A stretch of 64,000 nt of DNA from Nostoc sp. DedSLP01. GTDB lineage: Bacteria > Cyanobacteriota > Cyanobacteriia > Cyanobacteriales > Nostocaceae. The notes under the pieces are model-generated. The model did no database searches. It had not been told where the DNA came from and was given only the letters and a program-made list of their open reading frames with translations. This document shows, one piece after another, positions 19,598 to 30,621 of this stretch; positions within the stretch are counted from its first letter, which is position 1, and each line of letters begins with the position of its first letter. A program made the translations under genes and the position numbers. The DNA is taken from the NCBI GenBank assembly GCA_034530875.2, contig JAVRCJ020000002.1, forward strand, positions 64,001 to 128,000, read 5' to 3'.

Positions 19598-20626
19598 ATG
19601 ACGCAATCTTTATCTTTAAATCCAGTCAAAGAGTGGGAACAACGCCGCAATGAAGCCAACCGTTATTACCAACGGGGAAAATTTCAAGAGTATCTCGACC
19701 TTGTGACTAAGAATTTACAGCTAGCAAGAGCGATTCCAGACCGAGTTAGGGAAGGCCACACATTGAACGATCTTGGTTTAGCTTATTTGAGTTGCTGGCA
19801 AACTCAAACGGCATTAGACCGTTTTCACCAAGCGCTGTCTGTTGCTATTGAAATCGGTAACGCGCCCGCACAAGCAACTGCAATGAGCAATCTAGGTTCT
19901 ACCTACAGCCGTCTTGGACGCTTTTCGCAAGCGTTGGAGTACTTTAACAAAGCCCTTCCCATATTTAGGGAATTGCAAGACGCTCAAGGAGAAGTTTCTA
20001 CTCTCAATGATGTAGCTCTCATCTATACCCGATTAGGAGAACCGAAACGCGCATTGTTGCTACAAAACCAAATTTTGACAATGCGTCGATTGCTAGGCGA
20101 CTTTTCCGGTGAAGCAACAACTCTAAATGGTATTGGGTTTGCCTACAATGTTTTAGGCAAGTTCGAGCAAGCTCTAGAATTTTTTCAAGCAGCACTGCCG
20201 ATTCAACGAGCTGTGAAGAATTTAACTGGTGAAGCAACTACCTTGAATAATATTGCCTCAGTTTATAGCGATTTAGGGCAACCCAAACACGCACTGTTGC
20301 TTTATTATCAAGTTCTTTTGACACGTCGAGCGATTGGCGATCGCTCAGGCGAAGCAACAACCCTGCACAACATTGGTTTTACTCACAGCATCCTCGCCCA
20401 GCATCGCCAAGCAATGAAGTATTACAAACAAGCCATTGTTATTTACGAAGACTTGGGCGATTCTCTCGGAGAAATTTCCACTTTGTTGAATATGGGAAGC
20501 CTTTACGTCACAACCAAGCGTAAAAAAATGGCGCGATTGTGCTACCAAAATGCCCAAGAGTTAGCTGAGAAAATCGAACATCAGCCACTCTTAGAAAAGA
20601 TAGAGCAGTTTATGGATTCTCTGTAA
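19598..20626 (+). CDS. Tetratricopeptide repeat protein
   Basis: About 40-aa repeats GEATTLN.IG..Y..LG...QAL. Confidence 0.9.
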   Translation: MTQSLSLNPVKEWEQRRNEANRYYQRGKFQEYLDLVTKNLQLARAIPDRVREGHTLNDLGLAYLSCWQTQTALDRFHQALSVAIEIGNAPAQATAMSNLGSTYSRLGRFSQALEYFNKALPIFRELQDAQGEVSTLNDVALIYTRLGEPKRALLLQNQILTMRRLLGDFSGEATTLNGIGFAYNVLGKFEQALEFFQAALPIQRAVKNLTGEATTLNNIASVYSDLGQPKHALLLYYQVLLTRRAIGDRSGEATTLHNIGFTHSILAQHRQAMKYYKQAIVIYEDLGDSLGEISTLLNMGSLYVTTKRKKMARLCYQNAQELAEKIEHQPLLEKIEQFMDSL

Positions 20627-20783
20627 AGGAATCGGGTAGGGAGCAGAGGGGCAGGGGGAGAGATGTGGAAGTGTGGGGAGTGTGGGGGAAAGATTTCTTC
20701 CCCATCCTCCCACACCTCCCACACCTCCCACACTTCCCTGTTTGCCCAATGCCCAGTATTGCTACTTAATCGTTAAAATACTG

Positions 20784-21653
20784 ATGGAAAACCCAGCGGG
20801 ATCTATCGTGTCTAATAGCAATACCAAGGTTTGGTTGATTACTGGTAGTTCTAGCGGCTTTGGGCGTAATTTAGCTCAAGCAGTACTGAAAAAAGGCGAT
20901 CGCTTAATTGCCACTGCCCGAAAACCCGAGCAACTTCAAGATTTAGTCGATCGATACCCAAATACAGCAAAGGCAGTTTCTTTAGATGTTACCAATCCTG
21001 CCCAAGTAAAAGCGGCAGTCGATGAAGCACTTAAGGCTTTTGGACAAATTGACGTACTGGTTAACAATGCTGGGTATGGTTTGATTGGGGCACTGGAAGA
21101 GGTCAGCGACGAACAAATTCGACGTAATTTTGATACTAACCTTTTCGGTGCAATTAACACTATCCGGGCAGTTTTACCAATTATGAGACAGCAAAAAAGT
21201 GGGCATATTATCAATATGTCTGCAATTGCTGGATTCTCCAATGAATTAGGTTTTTCCATCTACGGTGGTGCTAAATTCGCCTTGGAAGGAGTATCGGAAG
21301 CGGTACATGGCGAAGTAGCACCTCTGGGTATTAAAGTGACAATTGTCGAGCCTGGCCCTTTCCGTACTGATTTTATTGGGCGATCGCTTGACCGCGCTGC
21401 CAATAGTATGGACGCCTACAAACCAACTGTGGGAAAATTCTTAGAGTTCCTAGAAAAAATTGAAGGCACTCAACCTGGCGATCCAGAAAAAGCAGCTGAG
21501 GCATTAATTAAAGTTGTGGAATCAGATAACCCACCGTTACGCCTGGTGCTAGGTAAGTACGCTTACAAAAAGTTCCGCGATAAAATTACCTCCTTGAGTG
21601 CTGAGTTAGATGCATGGGAAGCAGTTGCAGCAAATACTGATTTTGAAAATTAG
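20784..21653 (+). CDS. SDR family oxidoreductase
   Basis: TGSSSGFG, NNAG, YGGAK; the ORF-track N-extension is STRR DNA. Confidence 0.93.
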   Translation: MENPAGSIVSNSNTKVWLITGSSSGFGRNLAQAVLKKGDRLIATARKPEQLQDLVDRYPNTAKAVSLDVTNPAQVKAAVDEALKAFGQIDVLVNNAGYGLIGALEEVSDEQIRRNFDTNLFGAINTIRAVLPIMRQQKSGHIINMSAIAGFSNELGFSIYGGAKFALEGVSEAVHGEVAPLGIKVTIVEPGPFRTDFIGRSLDRAANSMDAYKPTVGKFLEFLEKIEGTQPGDPEKAAEALIKVVESDNPPLRLVLGKYAYKKFRDKITSLSAELDAWEAVAANTDFEN

Positions 21654-21779
21654 AAATTAGGCTAATGAATGGGGAAAGGGAAAGATTAAATTTATTCCTT
21701 TTCCCTTTAACCTTTTTCCCTGCCTCCCCTGCCTCTCTCATCTACCCCTTATCTCCCCATTCCCCACTCCCTATTCCCA

Positions 21780-22796
21780 ATGAAAGTTTACGAAATCCAA
21801 AGCAATGCCGGCATCGATGCCCTGACATTAGTCGATCGCCCAGAACCAAAACCCGCAGCAGGGCAAGTGTTGGTTCAAGTCAAGGCAACATCTCTCAATT
21901 ACCGCGATTTGCTTGTGGTTGAAGGAGCCTACGGTGCTGGACAGCAATATCCGTTAATTCCCATGTCTGACGGTGCGGGAGAAGTTGTGGCGGTGGGCGA
22001 AGGTGTGACGCGAGTGAAAGTAGGCGATCGCGTCGCTGCTACTTTCTTCCAAGACTGGATTTATGGCTCTTTAACTAGAGAAAAAATGAAATCCGATCTC
22101 GGAGGCGGTATCGATGGAATGTTAGCAGAGTATGTTGTCTTACACCAAGATGGGCTAGTAATTTTACCAGACCATTTATCTTACGCTGAAGGTGCAACTT
22201 TGCCTTGTGCGGCAGTCACAGCTTGGCACGCGTTGGTAACAAAAGGGAATATTAGCTCGGGCGACACTGTTTTATTGCTCGGTACTGGTGGGGTTTCGAT
22301 TTTTGCTCTTCAGTTTGCCAAGCTACGGGGTGCAAAGGCGATCGCTACTTCTAGCAGCGATGAAAAATTGGCACGAGTCAAACAGCTTGGTGCTGATGAA
22401 ACAATCAATTACAAAACAACACCAGATTGGGAAAAGCAAGTTTACCAATTAACTAATCGCACAGGTGTAGATCGTGTAATTGAGGTAGGCGGTGCAGGAA
22501 CTTTACCAAAATCACTACAAGCAGTCCGGATTGGCGGACATGTTAGTTTGATTGGCGTATTATCGGGTAGAGGAAATGAAATTGACCCCATGCCAATCCT
22601 TTTTAAAAGTTTAACAGTTCAGGGAATTTATGTTGGCAGCCGGGAAATGTTTGAGGCAATGAATCAGACAATACAACAGCATCAAATCAAACCGATTATC
22701 GATAGAGTTTTTCCATTTAATGAAGCACGAGAAGCATATAATTACCTCAAAAGTGCTGCTCACTTTGGTAAAGTTGTTATTAGCATCAATTCATAA
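21780..22796 (+). CDS. Medium-chain (zinc-type) alcohol dehydrogenase/quinone reductase-like protein
   Basis: SLNYRD, PMSDGAGEV, GTGGVS, HFGKVVI. Confidence 0.93.
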   Translation: MKVYEIQSNAGIDALTLVDRPEPKPAAGQVLVQVKATSLNYRDLLVVEGAYGAGQQYPLIPMSDGAGEVVAVGEGVTRVKVGDRVAATFFQDWIYGSLTREKMKSDLGGGIDGMLAEYVVLHQDGLVILPDHLSYAEGATLPCAAVTAWHALVTKGNISSGDTVLLLGTGGVSIFALQFAKLRGAKAIATSSSDEKLARVKQLGADETINYKTTPDWEKQVYQLTNRTGVDRVIEVGGAGTLPKSLQAVRIGGHVSLIGVLSGRGNEIDPMPILFKSLTVQGIYVGSREMFEAMNQTIQQHQIKPIIDRVFPFNEAREAYNYLKSAAHFGKVVISINS

Positions 22797-22949
22797 AATA
22801 ACATCGATGTAAATTGCAGCAAGAGTTAAGATATAGTAGCTTTCAACTTAGTTAAGTACGCCATTTAAATATCAAAGCTAGCTACATAACTGACTCTTAT
22901 TTTGAATTCTGCTGTAAAATACTTTGGAATTTCAGAGGTTGCATAATTT

Positions 22950-23666
22950 ATGAATCTCGTCAAAGTATATGCTCTAACAGCTTTATTTTCAGCCTTGACA
23001 TTTGGTCAAGCAACTCGCGCTGGTGCCGCTAGTCCGCCACCAATTGATATACAAGTCAAGCAATTAGCACAGTGGTTTACTGGTTTGTTCGATAATTCCG
23101 AGCAAGCGGCAAACAGTAAACCTCCTGTCCCCTTGATTACTCTGTCAAGTTGTAGTGTGGAATTTACTAATGGAAACTCTCTAAACGGAACAGAGAATAT
23201 TTATCTCGAACAACCAAGTATTAATCGCTTCCGTCTTTATTCTTTTAGCCAACAGAATTCAGGAGTAAATCTCAGCATTCGCGCTCTTAATACTGACTAT
23301 TCTGTTACTGGGTTATGCAATCGACCTGAGTCAGAACAAACTCTTGACTTGAGCAAAATTTCAGCCATAACCTGCAACTTAGAAATTTTTTGGAATGCTG
23401 GTGACTACATTGGAAATAACTCTCCTAATGGCTGTCCCACAAATTCTGGTGGTAAGGTGATTTCTAGTGTAATTGTCTCGGAAAATCGCATCTACTCTAC
23501 AGATGAGATTTTTGCGCCTAATGGTAATTTAGTTTTTGGTACGCCGATTGATTTTCGCCGAGTTCCTTCTATTCCCGAACCATCATTCACATTAGGAATA
23601 GTAGCTTTAGGCGTGTGGGGTACAAGAAAAATAATTTTAGGCAAACAGAAATCAACAGTTAAATAA
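22950..23666 (+). CDS. Exported CpcT/CpeT-like protein with PEP-CTERM sorting signal
   Basis: Signal peptide; W.TG.FDN.EQA, YLEQ, R.RLY, NGNLVFG..I.FRR; IPEPS-TM-basic tail. Confidence 0.75.
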   Translation: MNLVKVYALTALFSALTFGQATRAGAASPPPIDIQVKQLAQWFTGLFDNSEQAANSKPPVPLITLSSCSVEFTNGNSLNGTENIYLEQPSINRFRLYSFSQQNSGVNLSIRALNTDYSVTGLCNRPESEQTLDLSKISAITCNLEIFWNAGDYIGNNSPNGCPTNSGGKVISSVIVSENRIYSTDEIFAPNGNLVFGTPIDFRRVPSIPEPSFTLGIVALGVWGTRKIILGKQKSTVK

Positions 23667-23783
23667 GAATATTTTTGAATCGCTAATGATTAGAATTCAG
23701 AACTCATACTCTGAATTCCAAATTATTTTAATCTAGCGTCTCTTATTTAAGGCTTACTTAAAAAACCTCTTTAATTTTTATTC

Positions 23784-25460
23784 CTATGGAACTTCAGATC
23801 GGCGGCTTCCGCCAATCTGAATTTTGTCTGTGCTATCTGTGTTGTCTGTGGTTGTTTTTTTGTTATCTGTACCTAAGTCAAGTTTTTGTAACTTCCGATC
23901 TTTTTGGATTTGATTATCAGTTGGTGAATCTTGCTTCTCCAATGTTGGTACTTCTACAGCAGAAGAATCTGGAGGTCTGAATCCCCGTGGCAGTGTTTCT
24001 GGTGGTGTAACTACAGAATTTGCAGGAGTTACAGGTTGAAGAGGAGCAGAATTTTGATTAGAAGTTGGTGGGTTATTATCTGGTAATTTTGCAGGGGAAG
24101 CATCACGTGCTGATTTGATAGCCCGGAGTTTTTCGAGTATCGAGGGTGTGGGGGAAACGATAGGGGCAGGTGTGGATTGTTCGGAACGATCGCGTTGTAA
24201 TTCTCTTCCAGGACTGTTGGTAGATTCTTCGACAGCAGGACGGTTACGCCGACGCTGCCTGAAATTGGACACAGGTGCAGATTCGGTTTTTGAGGTGGCG
24301 TTAGTTTCTGAATTAGATGAAGATGTACGGCTGGAGTTGGGTACTTTCGCGGCTGGTTCTTGAGTAGGCTGTTGAAAAAGTGGCTTGGAAGTTGGTTGCG
24401 GCTGAGATTTCGGTAATATGTTAGTGATACCAAAACCTGCTGTAGCAGCAACTACAGCGACACCAATACCAAGAAGTATTTGCGATGACTGTTGTTTGTT
24501 AGCGCGTGGAGTTTTCTTGACGTTGGCGATCGCCTTGCCCTCAGGCATCGCATTTTTACCAGCTTTGCCCATCAGAGTTTCTCCCTGTTGGGCAGATAAG
24601 TTAATAGTTTGCACTGCGGAAGTAGGTAAAACTTGGGGCGTAACATTCACTCCGCTTCCCGGTAGCAATTGCAGCCACTCGGCAACAGTCGCCGGACGAA
24701 AACGAGATTCGACTGCCATACCGCGCATTACTGCTTGGTTGACAGCAGCAGTCAAATGTGGTTGTAGTTCGCGGGGGGATGGCATTTGCTCGCGATCGCG
24801 CAATAATGCTGGCATGGGAACTTGAGCTGTTAGCAGTGCATACAAGGTTGCTGCTAAACCATAAACATCAGTGGCGGGCGTGCGCGGTGCTTGGCTGAGG
24901 TACTGCTCAATGGGAGAATAACCCTCAGACACCAAACCCGTATGAGTCTGCCTAACGCTGCCATTAAATTCCCTGGCAATGCCAAAATCAATTAATATGA
25001 CTTCCTGAGTTCCTTGGCGGAGAATAATATTATCTGGTTTGATATCTCGGTGCAGTAAACCGTTGCTGTGTACTACCTGCAAGGCTGCGCCGATTTGCTT
25101 GATGTAATGAATTGCTGTGGCTTCCGGCAGAGGTATTCCTGGTAACACGAAGGCGTTACCTAAAGTTTCGCCAGGAATGTACTCCATCACCATATAAGGC
25201 AACCCATCTTCCACAAAAAAGTCACTAACTCGGACTATATTTGGGTGAATACAAGTAGCTAATCGTCTGGCTTCATCTTGGAATTGGCGCTCAAACTTGG
25301 CAAAATCAGGATGTTGTCGCAGCCGTTCGTTGATGGTTTTCATCACCACCTCCTGCCCCAAGTAGTGATGTTTAGCTTTGAACGTAATGCCAAAGCCACC
25401 ACGCCCTATTTCTTGAATTAGGGTATATTTTCCACCTTGTAAAATTGTGCCTGCTAACAT
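23784..25460 (-). CDS. Membrane Ser/Thr protein kinase with disordered C-terminal region
   Basis: GRGGFG, HRDIKPDN, DFG; one TM. Confidence 0.93.
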   Translation of the reverse strand: MLAGTILQGGKYTLIQEIGRGGFGITFKAKHHYLGQEVVMKTINERLRQHPDFAKFERQFQDEARRLATCIHPNIVRVSDFFVEDGLPYMVMEYIPGETLGNAFVLPGIPLPEATAIHYIKQIGAALQVVHSNGLLHRDIKPDNIILRQGTQEVILIDFGIAREFNGSVRQTHTGLVSEGYSPIEQYLSQAPRTPATDVYGLAATLYALLTAQVPMPALLRDREQMPSPRELQPHLTAAVNQAVMRGMAVESRFRPATVAEWLQLLPGSGVNVTPQVLPTSAVQTINLSAQQGETLMGKAGKNAMPEGKAIANVKKTPRANKQQSSQILLGIGVAVVAATAGFGITNILPKSQPQPTSKPLFQQPTQEPAAKVPNSSRTSSSNSETNATSKTESAPVSNFRQRRRNRPAVEESTNSPGRELQRDRSEQSTPAPIVSPTPSILEKLRAIKSARDASPAKLPDNNPPTSNQNSAPLQPVTPANSVVTPPETLPRGFRPPDSSAVEVPTLEKQDSPTDNQIQKDRKLQKLDLGTDNKKTTTDNTDSTDKIQIGGSRRSEVP

Positions 25461-25836
25461 AGAGAGTCCTGATTCTTGAGTGAGCAGATAACTAGCGAGT
25501 CCTGAATCTTGAGGGATTGCTCAAAAATTTTCCCATATTTTTGAGATGGTAAGGTTTTTACTTGGCTATCTATGGGATAATTTAGTTTTTTAAGTTCCCT
25601 CAGTGGGAAAACCTCCCCAGCGATCGCAACAGTTTTACCTTTTTCAGATGATAGCGCGAGAGTCAACAAATCCTGAACTAGGGAACATACTCAAGCTGCC
25701 TTCTACCTCCGTGATGTTAGGGATGAATTTTGACTTGACAGAGTGCTTGCTAATCAGGGACTCGGCTTGAGAACAGGAATTTTAAATCATAAAAAAGATG
25801 ACGGGTAAGATTTACTTTATAAATGGTTTCTAAATT

Positions 25837-26274
25837 TTAACCTAGAGATTGTAGATACAGTAGTAATGTTTCTGTCGTCCAAGTGGCACAACCACAGCCA
25901 AAAAAATCATAGTCTTGTGTCCAAATTGCTGCTTCTAAATGAAGTGCTAAAGCAACTGTCTGCCAATCATTTTGATCTCTGGGAATTCGACTTCTAGCTT
26001 TAGTTTCTAAACCTTCATACGTTTCTAATTTAAATACTCTCAAATACGTTTGCAGTACATCGAATCCAGAGTCCAGTAATTCATTTCCCGTTGACTCATT
26101 TAATCGACCATTCGATATCATGCGAACGATACGTTGTTGTAATTCATATTTAGTTTCATCTATAATCTGCTCTGTAACGCACAGTAATAGTCTGGAATCT
26201 CCAATCAGCGCTCTTCCTCTGTGTCGCAATAATTCTGCTACTAAAACATTGGTATCAACTACTAATCGCATCAT
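25837..26274 (-). CDS. PIN-domain ribonuclease (TA toxin)
   Basis: VVDTNVL, RD..D...VALAL, IWTQD.DF. Confidence 0.85.
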   Translation of the reverse strand: MMRLVVDTNVLVAELLRHRGRALIGDSRLLLCVTEQIIDETKYELQQRIVRMISNGRLNESTGNELLDSGFDVLQTYLRVFKLETYEGLETKARSRIPRDQNDWQTVALALHLEAAIWTQDYDFFGCGCATWTTETLLLYLQSLG

Positions 26275-26590
26275 TAGGAAATGGTTTAATTAGCTCAAAC
26301 ATCCCAGTCAGTTCAGCTTCGGTCATACCAGTTTCAGCGAGTACTTGCTCAACAGCTTTTGCAAAGCGTTCCATAACCTGCCTTTTTTTTTCCGAATCTT
26401 TACCAAATGAATTATCTAATACTTCCAAAGTTTTTTCTCTATTTGTTAATTGCTGCGGTACTGGAGAAACTTGAGCAATATTTTCATCTAGAATTTGCTT
26501 GAGGACAAGTTTTTCATCTAGCTGTAATGCTTTGATAGCTTCAAGCAGTACCGAAAAAGGAATTTGCAATTTTACGATCGCTTGTTCCAT
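26255..26590 (-). CDS. Probable antitoxin partner of the PIN gene
   Basis: Small ORF overlapping the PIN start. Confidence 0.6.
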   Translation of the reverse strand: MEQAIVKLQIPFSVLLEAIKALQLDEKLVLKQILDENIAQVSPVPQQLTNREKTLEVLDNSFGKDSEKKRQVMERFAKAVEQVLAETGMTEAELTGMFELIKPFPNDAISS

Positions 26591-26770
26591 TTTTCACCCT
26601 ATCCTAACTATTAGAATTATGAACCAGCGTCAACTTGACACTTTGACATTCATCTTACACCCCTACAATAAAGCACTCAGAGGAATTTTAACAATAAAGA
26701 ATTCAGGAGTCGGTTGTCAGAATTAGTGAATTCAGAATTTTTCTTTTGAATGTTCTGAATGCTCATTTTT

Positions 26771-28858
26771 TTAAAACCGCTGTCCTATACCTAAATGTAA
26801 TTGGCTTTCTCCCTGGTCGTTAAAACCATAATCAGCACGAATTAAGCCCAAAGGCGAATCAATTCGCACTCCAGCGCCATAACCAAAACCAAAGCCTGGT
26901 TTATCCCGCACACCCGCCGGATTTCCCAATACAGTATCGCCAGAACCCAAGTCAGAACCGAAGTCGGCAAACAATACACCGCCGACAATTGGTAAAACGG
27001 GGAAGCGATATTCTGCCGAAGCTAAAACATAACTGCGACCGCTGCCAACTTCTCCAGAATCGTAACCGCGGACTGAGTTTGAACCGCCCAAGTTAAAGCT
27101 TTCGTAGGGCGGTAAATTGCCAATGACGGTACCAGCTTGGAGATTGACTGCAAATACTTGTGGCTGTTTGCTATTAAATAACTGAACAGGTAAATATTGG
27201 CTGTAATTGGCTTTGAGGCGATTGAGGGAAATATTACCTTGACCAATGGGCACAGATTGTTCTGTACTCAGACTCAAGACGGAACCTTTAGTAGGATTAA
27301 TGGGGTTATCTCGTCGGTCTTTGGTGGCGGTGAAGGATACGGTAGTGAGGTCATCTACACCTGTGCCGCTGGCAGATAAGGGATTGCCTTGAGCGTCTGT
27401 TGGGGTAATATTACCTTGGCGATCGCGGATACTAGTCCTGGTATAGTTAACTCCTAATGAGGTATTCCAGTCATCAATTGGTCGCTGGAAGCTGATACCG
27501 CCACCAATATGGCCTTCCTGCACTTTATCGCCGTTAGCTAACCTAATCTCATCGTCAAAGGTTTCTGAAACTTCCCGATTGCGGAAAACATTTACAGTGT
27601 ATCCCAAGCGATCGGGGTTAGTTATGCGATAAGGACTGATAAATTTAGTATTAAACTGTAAGTCCCGGCTACTAACGCCAACATTCAGCGCCAAAGTATC
27701 GTTACTACCGCCCACATTCCGGTCTTGATAGCTGATTGTACCGATTAATCCTTGGTCGGCGTTGTAACTACCACCCAAGTTAACACCACGCGCCCCAGTT
27801 TCTTTGAGTTGATAGATGACATCAAGTTTTGTCGCATCTCCTTCCAAGGCAACATTTACACTCTCAAATAAACCGATGCCATATAGCTGTTGTATGTCTT
27901 GTTTAACTACATTTTCTTGGAAGATTTGACCCGGTTTGAGTTTGAGTTGCTGTTGCAGAAAATCTGGTTTAGTGCGCCCTCCTACGGGATTACCTTTACT
28001 GTCAACGGTTTTGCCGTCGTCACCCACAAAGCGAAACTTAACATCACCCACCAAGCCTTCAGCAACATTCAAAGTCAGGATTCCTTGAGGGCTGGGTTTA
28101 ATCGATACCACCCGTGCCAAGTTATAACCATTGTCAGCGTACCACTTATTAATTTGTGCCACTGCTTGCTGGAGTCCAGCCGGACTGATAGCGGTACCGA
28201 TTTGAGATTGCAAACTTTGTTGCGCTACTTGGTAAGTAAGTACTTTAGCACCGGATAATTGTAGCGATCGCACGATTACCGGTTGCACTTGATAAACTAC
28301 ATTCAATCCAGCGGATGTACTTTGGCTATTGACGCTGGCATTACTAAATAAACCCGTATCTAAAATTGCTGCCACATCTTTTTGTAACTGGCTTTGACTC
28401 GTTTCTCCACCGATTTGAGTTTTAATAACTTTGCGAATGATTTCTTGCAATTCCTGATTAGCTCCTACTATCTGTACATTAGTAGCAGTAACTACTAAAT
28501 CGTTGTTATTAGTAGGTTTTGGGGAAGATGAGGGGAACGGAAGCGGTGTTACGGAGGGGTTAACTTTGTCTTTTTGGCTTTGTATTATCGTCGCTGCTGG
28601 TTTTAAGATGACTGGGGAATTTTTATTTGCAGTTGTTGGCGTTGGGAGGGGATTTTGAGAAAATTGTTGTGCAACGATAGTTTCTGGAGAAGCAATTGTT
28701 TCTACTCGTGTAGGAGTTTCTTCAATTACTGGTACAACCAAGCCATCGGGTTTTGCAGTTGGAGTAACATTTTTAGTAGATGCAGCCGTCGCTTGTTGAG
28801 TAACGTTACCAGCAGCTAAAGTCGCTAAAGTCAAAATTGCAGTAGTAGAAATTTTCAT
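26771..28858 (-). CDS. Omp85/BamA/TamA family outer membrane protein
   Basis: Signal peptide, POTRA region, GGSNSVRGY, C-terminal GIGQRF. Confidence 0.93.
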   Translation of the reverse strand: MKISTTAILTLATLAAGNVTQQATAASTKNVTPTAKPDGLVVPVIEETPTRVETIASPETIVAQQFSQNPLPTPTTANKNSPVILKPAATIIQSQKDKVNPSVTPLPFPSSSPKPTNNNDLVVTATNVQIVGANQELQEIIRKVIKTQIGGETSQSQLQKDVAAILDTGLFSNASVNSQSTSAGLNVVYQVQPVIVRSLQLSGAKVLTYQVAQQSLQSQIGTAISPAGLQQAVAQINKWYADNGYNLARVVSIKPSPQGILTLNVAEGLVGDVKFRFVGDDGKTVDSKGNPVGGRTKPDFLQQQLKLKPGQIFQENVVKQDIQQLYGIGLFESVNVALEGDATKLDVIYQLKETGARGVNLGGSYNADQGLIGTISYQDRNVGGSNDTLALNVGVSSRDLQFNTKFISPYRITNPDRLGYTVNVFRNREVSETFDDEIRLANGDKVQEGHIGGGISFQRPIDDWNTSLGVNYTRTSIRDRQGNITPTDAQGNPLSASGTGVDDLTTVSFTATKDRRDNPINPTKGSVLSLSTEQSVPIGQGNISLNRLKANYSQYLPVQLFNSKQPQVFAVNLQAGTVIGNLPPYESFNLGGSNSVRGYDSGEVGSGRSYVLASAEYRFPVLPIVGGVLFADFGSDLGSGDTVLGNPAGVRDKPGFGFGYGAGVRIDSPLGLIRADYGFNDQGESQLHLGIGQRF

Positions 28859-29105
28859 AATATTTAATCTAATTAATTAGGAGTTATAGCAATTTTGGAT
28901 TTTAGGTTTTGGACTAAAAAATTATTCCAAAAATTGCAAACAATACATTTTTTCGGAATTTAGTGTTAGTTGTAGACAAGTAAATAAATAGAGATAATAT
29001 CTGAGAATTCAGCAACCATGAGCGAACTATCTCCAGCTTTTCTCTTTAATTTCCTATTTATACTTCTTACCCAAATAGACAGTTAATTTTGATATTTTGT
29101 TTCTC

Positions 29106-30470
29106 ATGAGTAATGTATCTCGTTCTTCTCAAGCTTCTAATTCTCAAACTGCAACTTCTCGTTTGCGGTTACTTGTATTAAGTAACGGACATGGGGAAGA
29201 TATAATTGCAGTCCGAATTTTGCAAGAACTCCAGCGACAATTAAACCCACCAGAGATATTTGCTTTGCCTCTGGTGGGTGAAGGACGTGCTTACCAACAG
29301 TTGGATATTCCTCTGATTGGTTCGGTACGCACTATGCCTTCTGGTGGCTTTATTTATATGGATGGACGGCAATTGGCGCGGGATGTAAAGGGAGGTTTAT
29401 TGCAACTTACCCTCAGCCAGATTAAAGCTATTCGTCACTGGGTAAGTTCGCAAAAGAAATTAGGTAACAAAAGAGCAATTTTAGCTGTGGGAGATATTGT
29501 CCCATTGTTATTTGCAGCTTTTAGTGGTGCTAATTATGCTTTTATCGGTACGGCGAAATCGGAATATCACGTGCGAGATGAATCTGGATTATTACCAAAA
29601 AAATCTCAAGGTGTGAATTGGGAAAATTTCTCTGGTTCGGTGTATCATCCTTGGGAACGTTGGTTGATGAGTCGCCGCCGTTGTCAAGCGGTGTTCCTCA
29701 GAGATGAACTGACGACAGAGATATTAAAACAATGGCGAATTCCAGCTTTGAGTTTGGGGAATCCGATGATGGATGGGTTAGAAACAACATTTCCATCCGC
29801 ACAATTTTATAGTGTAGCTAGTCACCAACAGGAGAAAATTCGGCCTTTTGTGGTGACTCTTTTACCTGGTTCCCGCGCGCCAGAAGCATACAACAATTGG
29901 GAAACAATTATTATCGCCGTATCTGCATTGGTAACAAGTTTCCAACAGCGAAATTCGGTTTTTCACGCTTCTGGCACGGTAGTATTTTTAGGTGCGATCG
30001 CTCCTAGTCTCGACTGCAATCTTTTGGCTCAAAATCTACAATCCCAAGGCTGGCGAACCACATCAGAATCACCCATCCAAATTTCCGACCCCAATGTATT
30101 GATATTTAAGCACAGAAATGCATATTTACTGTTAACCCAGCAAGCTTATAACGACTGTTTGCATTTAGGAGATGTGGCGATCGCAATGGCAGGTACAGCG
30201 ACAGAACAGTTTGTTGGTTTAGGCAAACCAGCGATCGCGATTCCCGGCAAAGGGCCTCAATATAACCGTGGCTTTGCACAAGCTCAAAGTCGGCTTTTAG
30301 GCTCATCTTTGATTTTAGTCGAGCAGCCCGCAGAAGTTCCCAAAATCGTCCAGTCCTTATTCAAAGATCCCGATCGCTTGCAAATAATTGCCGAAAATGG
30401 TCTGCGGCGTATGGGAAAATCAGGTGCAGCACTACGCATTGCCCAATGTTTACAAGAACGGTTCGGATGA
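29106..30470 (+). CDS. Lipid-A-disaccharide synthase-related protein
   Basis: SNGHGED, LLPGSR, MAGTATEQ.VGLGKP. Confidence 0.85.
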   Translation: MSNVSRSSQASNSQTATSRLRLLVLSNGHGEDIIAVRILQELQRQLNPPEIFALPLVGEGRAYQQLDIPLIGSVRTMPSGGFIYMDGRQLARDVKGGLLQLTLSQIKAIRHWVSSQKKLGNKRAILAVGDIVPLLFAAFSGANYAFIGTAKSEYHVRDESGLLPKKSQGVNWENFSGSVYHPWERWLMSRRRCQAVFLRDELTTEILKQWRIPALSLGNPMMDGLETTFPSAQFYSVASHQQEKIRPFVVTLLPGSRAPEAYNNWETIIIAVSALVTSFQQRNSVFHASGTVVFLGAIAPSLDCNLLAQNLQSQGWRTTSESPIQISDPNVLIFKHRNAYLLLTQQAYNDCLHLGDVAIAMAGTATEQFVGLGKPAIAIPGKGPQYNRGFAQAQSRLLGSSLILVEQPAEVPKIVQSLFKDPDRLQIIAENGLRRMGKSGAALRIAQCLQERFG

Positions 30471-30621
30471 GACTAATTACTAATTCGTAATTCGTAATTA
30501 AGCGATCGCCCGTTTAGTGCAGTGATGTGTGAGAGACCGATCGTTCTCACTCACTTAAGCCACAAAAACGCGATCGCTACGGGAGCAAATTTGAGCCTGC
30601 CAAATTTTGTTGACAGTTCGC

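Noticed and set aside
20673..20783. Pro-rich N-terminal extension of the SDR in the ORF track
   Set aside because: Translation of STRR repeats; the real start is probably 20784 or later
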